Below are positions 58,874 through 64,000 of a stretch of DNA of 64,000 nucleotides, piece after piece. How positions within the stretch are numbered: position 1 is the stretch's first letter; each line of letters opens with the position of its first letter. The stretch spans positions 186,001 through 250,000 of the forward strand of contig JAXLNO010000573.1 in assembly GCA_038087875.1 (NCBI GenBank). Direction: 5' to 3'. The DNA is from Malacoraja senta. Taxonomy: Eukaryota. The notes below the pieces were generated by a model that did not search any database, was not told the origin of the DNA, and worked only from the letters and a program-made list of their open reading frames with translations. A program made the translations under genes and the position numbers.

Positions 58874-60993
58874 AGGGCCTGTGCCACTTAGGCGATTTTT
58901 CAGCGGACTGCCGGCGACTGTCAAGTTGCCGGCAGTCGCCTGAAAAACCGGGAACTGGAGCGTCGACTGTCAGAGTGGACACACATACACACACACATCG
59001 CAAAGGCGGGGGCCAGGGCAAGCGGGGGAGCGCTGTCTGAAATTCACACGTTGCAAAGCCAAGGTGATACAGACACACACCGTGATGAACAGGAAGATTA
59101 GATACATAGATACATAGAAAATAGGTGCAGGAGTAGGCCATTCGACCCTTTGAGCCTGCACCGCCATTCAATATGATCATGGCTGATCATCCAACTCAGT
59201 ATCCCGTACCTTCCTTCTCTCCATACCCCCTGATCCCTTTAGCCACAAGGGCCACATCTAACTCCCTCTTAAATATAGCCAATGAACTGGCCTCAACTAC
59301 CCTCTGTGCCAGAGAGTTCCAGAGATTCACCACTCTCTGTGTGAAAAAGTTTTTTCTCATCTCGGTCTTAAAGGATTTCCCCCTTATCCTTAAGCTGTGA
59401 CCCCTTGTCCTGGACTTCCCCAACATCGGGAACAATCTTCCCGCATCTAGCCTGTCCAACCCCATAAGAATTTTGTACGTTTCTATAAGATCCCCTCTCA
59501 ATCTCCTAAATTCTAGCGAGTACAAGCCAAGTCTATCCAGTCTTTCTTCATATGAAAGACCTGACATCCCAGGAATCAGTCTGGTGAATCTTCTCTGCAC
59601 TCCCTCTATGGCTATAATGTCCTTCCTCAGATTTGGAGACCAAAACTGTACGCAATACTCCAGGTGTGGTCTCACCAAGACCCTGTACAACTGCAGTAGA
59701 ACCTCCCTGCTCCTATACTCAAATCCTTTTGCTATGAAAGCTAACATACCATTCGCTTTCTTCACTGCCTGCTGCACCTGCATGCCTACTTTCAATGACT
59801 GGTGTACCATGACACCCAGGTCTCGCTGCATCTCCCCTTTTCCTAATCGTCCACCATTTAGATAATAGTCTACTTTCCTGTTTTTGCCACCAAAGTGGAT
59901 AACCTCACATTTATCCACATTATACTGCATCTGCCAAACATTTGCCCACTCACCCAGCCTATCCAAGTCACCTTGCAGTCTCCTAGCATCCTCCTCACAG
60001 CTAACACTGCCCCCCAGCTTAGTGTCATCCGCAAACTTGGAGATGTTGCCTTCAATTCCGTCATCCAGTTCATTAATATAAATTGTAAATAGCTGGGTCC
60101 CAGCACTGAGCCTTGCGGTACCCCACTAGTCACTGCCTGCCATTGTGAAAAGGACCCGTTTACTCCTACTCTTTGCTTCCTGTTTGCCAGCCAGTTCTCT
60201 ATCCACATCAATACTGAACCCCCAATACCGTGTGCTTTAAGTTTGTATACTAATCTCTTATGTGGGACCTTGTCAAAAGCCTTCTGAAAGTCCAGATACA
60301 ACACATCCACTGGTTCTCCCCTATCCACTCCACTAGTTACATCCTAGAAAAATTCTATAAGATTCGTCAGACATGATTTACCTTTCGTAAATCCATGCTT
60401 ACTTTGTCCAATGATTTCACCACTTTCCAAATGTGCTGCTATCCCATCTTTAAGATTGGAGTTGTAATTAAGACGGCAAGCACAGTGTACAGTAAGTCCG
60501 TTAAAAGAGGGGAGGAGAAGGGGGGAGAATGTGGGGTGGGGAGAAGGGGTGGATACAACTTTTAATAAGCCAGAGATACACAGCTGTGAAGTTTGGCAGA
60601 CATTTAACATTACCGGTCGGTTATCCTTGGTTCTGAAAACTACTGCTTGCGTTTTATTTCCCCAATGAGCTAATGAAAATGACTGATCAGAAAAGGCAAT
60701 TAACTAAAACGACCTACGACTACCTTGACTACCTACAACCACATGGCGACCCCACTACAACTGCACCTACGACTACAGGATTATCGATTATCTCCATGGC
60801 GACCAATTTTTGGTTCAACGTTGAAAAATTTGCGGCGACCATACTGAGGCCACGACCAGTTCCCAGAATGCAGGAACTCCTCGCGACCATGAAGGAGACT
60901 CACCAGAGACCACCAGCGAACATGTGGCGACCATGTGGCAAGCGCAGAGTCTCCTGCACTCTCCTAAAAAGTCACCTAAGTGGGACAGACCCA
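58874..60993. mobile_element. PIF/Harbinger-like non-autonomous element interrupted by a CR1
   Basis: TIRs AGGGCCTGTGCCACTTAGG / CCTAAGTGGGACAGACCCA; TSD TTA at 58871-58873 and 60994-60996. Confidence 0.85.
59100..60451 (-). mobile_element. Relatively young 5'-truncated CR1
   Basis: YLDFQKAFDKVPH, VPQGSVLGP, FADD, LVRPHLEYCVQFW, TRGH; few disruptions; (ctatgtat)n tail; TSD AAGATT at 59094-59099 and 60452-60457. Confidence 0.93.
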
Positions 60994-61599
60994 TTACCCT
61001 GCGGGGTTCGCTGGTCAGTGTCCACTCGGTGGGCCAAATGGTCTGTCTCCGGGCTGTATCTCTAAACTAAACTAGAAAAACTAAAATCTCCTATCAAATC
61101 TTTTCATTTATGCCTTTAGCATCCTAATCTTTACAAATGGTCTTTATGTTGTACATATGGCTATGCAACACTGATTTACCAATGAACATTTATTTTAGTA
61201 GAAAATAAATCAAAGCACAATGCCAGCAAATGTGCCTGAACTACTTAATAAACATCCTCCTTTATTAAGTGTGATATCTTTCCTACTTTCAGATGTTGCC
61301 AAAGTTTAGCATGATTTATCAGATGTAGTGCTGTATGTGTGGATAGTTTTCTCCATTTTGAGGTTTGCTCTGGGCATTAATATGGCTTTCTTTACAAATT
61401 ATAGAGCAAAGAGCTGAATTTTAGAAGTGAGGAGAAAGTGGTCTTAGTATCAAGGAAGCATTCGACTGGGTGTGAGGAACCCTGGTAAAAGTGAAATTAA
61501 TTTGAACCAAGGTGCAAAATCTCCAATGGTTGGAATCGTTACATGAAAGGAAGATGGATGCAATTTTTAAAGTTCAATTAGTCCAAACCTAGTACAAAG

Positions 61600-61797
61600 G
61601 AGGACCTGGTGTGGTGGGACTGCCGAGAACTAAGGGGGACCACAAATGGAATGTGTGAAAAATAGTTTGTGTAAAATGGAATACTTTGTGACTTTGTCAG
61701 CGCCCTTTATGTAGCGACTCTTTGCATACCTTGTGTATGCAAAACAAAGAATCTTACCGTGACTTGTCACATGTGACAATAACGTATCATTCATTCA
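61600..61797 (+). mobile_element. 3' fragment of a non-autonomous retroposon related to 56890-57350
   Basis: ctttgtgactttgtcagcgcc..gcgact..ataccttgtgtatgcaaaacaaagaat..gtgacaataa..(catt)n. Confidence 0.5.
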
Positions 61798-64000
61798 AGG
61801 CAGTGTGCTCAACCCAGACCTCTTCAGCTGCTTCAACAGTGACCTTTTCTATCATTTCAGAAGTAGTCATGCTTAGTGATAACTGCACAGAGTTCAGTTT
61901 ATTTTTCCATACTGGATTATACAACAGTCCACGCCTGCATGCCATAAGGTCTGGAAAAACTCAGGCATGACAAGAAAAATAGCAAGTCATATATGAACTC
62001 TCAAAATGCCAAGCAATGGTCACCTCCAATAACAGGAATTTCACTCACCTTCATGTACATAGATTTACCATGGGATAATTGTTTGTGGGTCACAGTCATA
62101 GGTGCAGAAGTAGGCCATGTGGCCGATCGAGTGTACTCCGCCATTCAATCATGGCTGATATGATCATCACTGACTAGCACATTTTCTGGAAACAATGGAG
62201 GTACAAAGACAACAAGAGAAGATCAAGGAAGATCCCTTGTTGTTGTGCGTTGGTGGATGACACATTCCCTGTTTCCTCTGAGGTGTTCCATCACCTCCAA
62301 CATACAATTTAGCAGTGTTTCAAAATTATATTTATTTGTCAGGATGTTCAGCTTCAACTACAAACAAGAAATTCAACATCATTTGATCAGTGTAGTACAC
62401 TTAACTAATACCCTATTCACCTTCTCAAACACTCATTCGCCACGAATGCACAGTGCACAGTATTTATAAATGAATTTCAGTTTCTTTGTTCACACTTCTC
62501 TTGTGGAGAAGGATTAGGGCATAGGTAGAATCAGGTAAATATTGTTCACAGGCTCCACTCTATGTTGCACCCTGCCCTATTTAGAAATATTTCGCAGTTA
62601 TTTTATTATCGTAAGATTACATTTCTAGAACTCGCTTCTCAAGTGCTCAGTGATACCCTCAGCACACAGTCAGTGAGGGATAAAGATGATTTAGCACCAG
62701 CTTCTCTGTGGTAACTAGGGGTGGGCATGAACGCTGCCCATCCAAGCACATCCCACATGCCATGAGCAAATTTAGAAAGAAGCATCACTTAACATTTTCA
62801 ATCATCTGATACAAATGTTGAAAGATACAAATGGCCAGCAGATGAAATCACAAAACCTTTTATAAATTAACAGACCAATACATTAAAATATTGTTCACTG
62901 CTCAGGAAAATAAAAGCAATGTTCATATGCATGTTGGATAATGGCACTTACAGTACATAGGACATTATGTACATTATAAACCTATTTTTGCAGTGTATTC
63001 CTTATCATGATGTAATAATGTGGATAAACTGGCAGGTATTATAAAGGCAAATTCATATGATAGGCACTGAAGATGCAGAACAGGCAAAAAGGTTGGATAT
63101 CAGTTTTTTTTCTGTTTAAAGAACAGGAAAAGCCTAATATCAGAGTTACAGTGGTGTATGGATAATCAAAACTCAAAGGTAATCTGACATGCAATCAGAA
63201 AGGTATTGAGATTTCACATAGGTCTCTGTGAACAACAATGGAAGGAAGGCTCTTTGAGTTGCATAGGCCTGTGCATTATATGTCCCTGATTATATTGAGC
63301 TGCAGTTGTCAATGACTGTGGAATATAAAATAAAGATCTCTACAACACGGTAGACATGATTCAGCCCATTTAATAAGAACATCAGGATTAAAATGCCAGC
63401 TTCATCTCTCTTTGTGGACAATGTTGCAGTGATTCCAAATCCTTTATGGATGTCCGCCTTCTAAATGTAAGTAAATCTGTAACTTGTATGAAGCCTCCCT
63501 GCAATTTCTGGTCAGCAGCTGGATGGCCTTTATGGCCAGCAATGGTTTGGCTCCGCATCGCAGGTTATGAAACAATCAGACACATTGCATTTGAATTATT
63601 GGAGCACTTGCATTCAAACAATGAGATGTTTGCATCACACTTGCAGGAACTCCCCTTGCATTTTTCTCCCTGTGCAGTTTAATGGCTTTTGTGGTAACAT
63701 AATACATTCAATGCAAATACCAAGTCACATTACAACTGAATAAAATTAATTCACTTTTAATGTATCAGGAGGTCTGTGATTCCTTTTTAGTGCTGAGACT
63801 AAAGCATCAATAATGCAAAAGCCAATTAAGGTGCTGAAATGTTCCTTGGATGCCAAAAGAGGCCCTAAAGCAATGCCAATGAGGGCAGTGATGACCTTCG
63901 TTGTTTGAATACTGCAGATGGCTGATTGTCCTTCAACATTGTATTGGCTCTTCAAACTCCATGTCCCCTTCCTGCTTCATTGAAATTAAACCTCCCATGG

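Noticed and set aside
61800..64000. Short ORFs in the last 2 kb
   Set aside because: Under 90 aa, no motifs or splice support; only faint LINE remnants

Overview
Eukaryotic, repeat-dense, apparently intergenic or intronic DNA. No host protein-coding gene, rRNA, true tRNA or CRISPR array can be supported. The repeat content suggests a cartilaginous fish such as a skate or ray (inference): HE1-like tRNA-derived SINEs, many CR1 LINEs, Rex1/Babar LINEs and Penelope-like repeats. Main elements: (1) an L1 whose ORF2 frame is open from the window edge to 2932; (2) a DIRS1-type tyrosine-recombinase retroelement (19522-24144, minus) with near-perfect terminal/ICR repeats but decayed ORFs; (3) a 5'-truncated Penelope-like element (40514-43529) with RT + GIY-YIG ORF and a hammerhead-ribozyme-like motif in its 3' repeat; (4) a second L1 flanked by a 154-bp target duplication; (5) PIF/Harbinger-like MITEs with TNA TSDs; (6) an unclassified 1-kb TIR element with a 7-bp TSD; (7) many nested CR1, Rex1, SINE and short fold-back Penelope-derived insertions. 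All family assignments come from motif recognition by eye, not from database searches.
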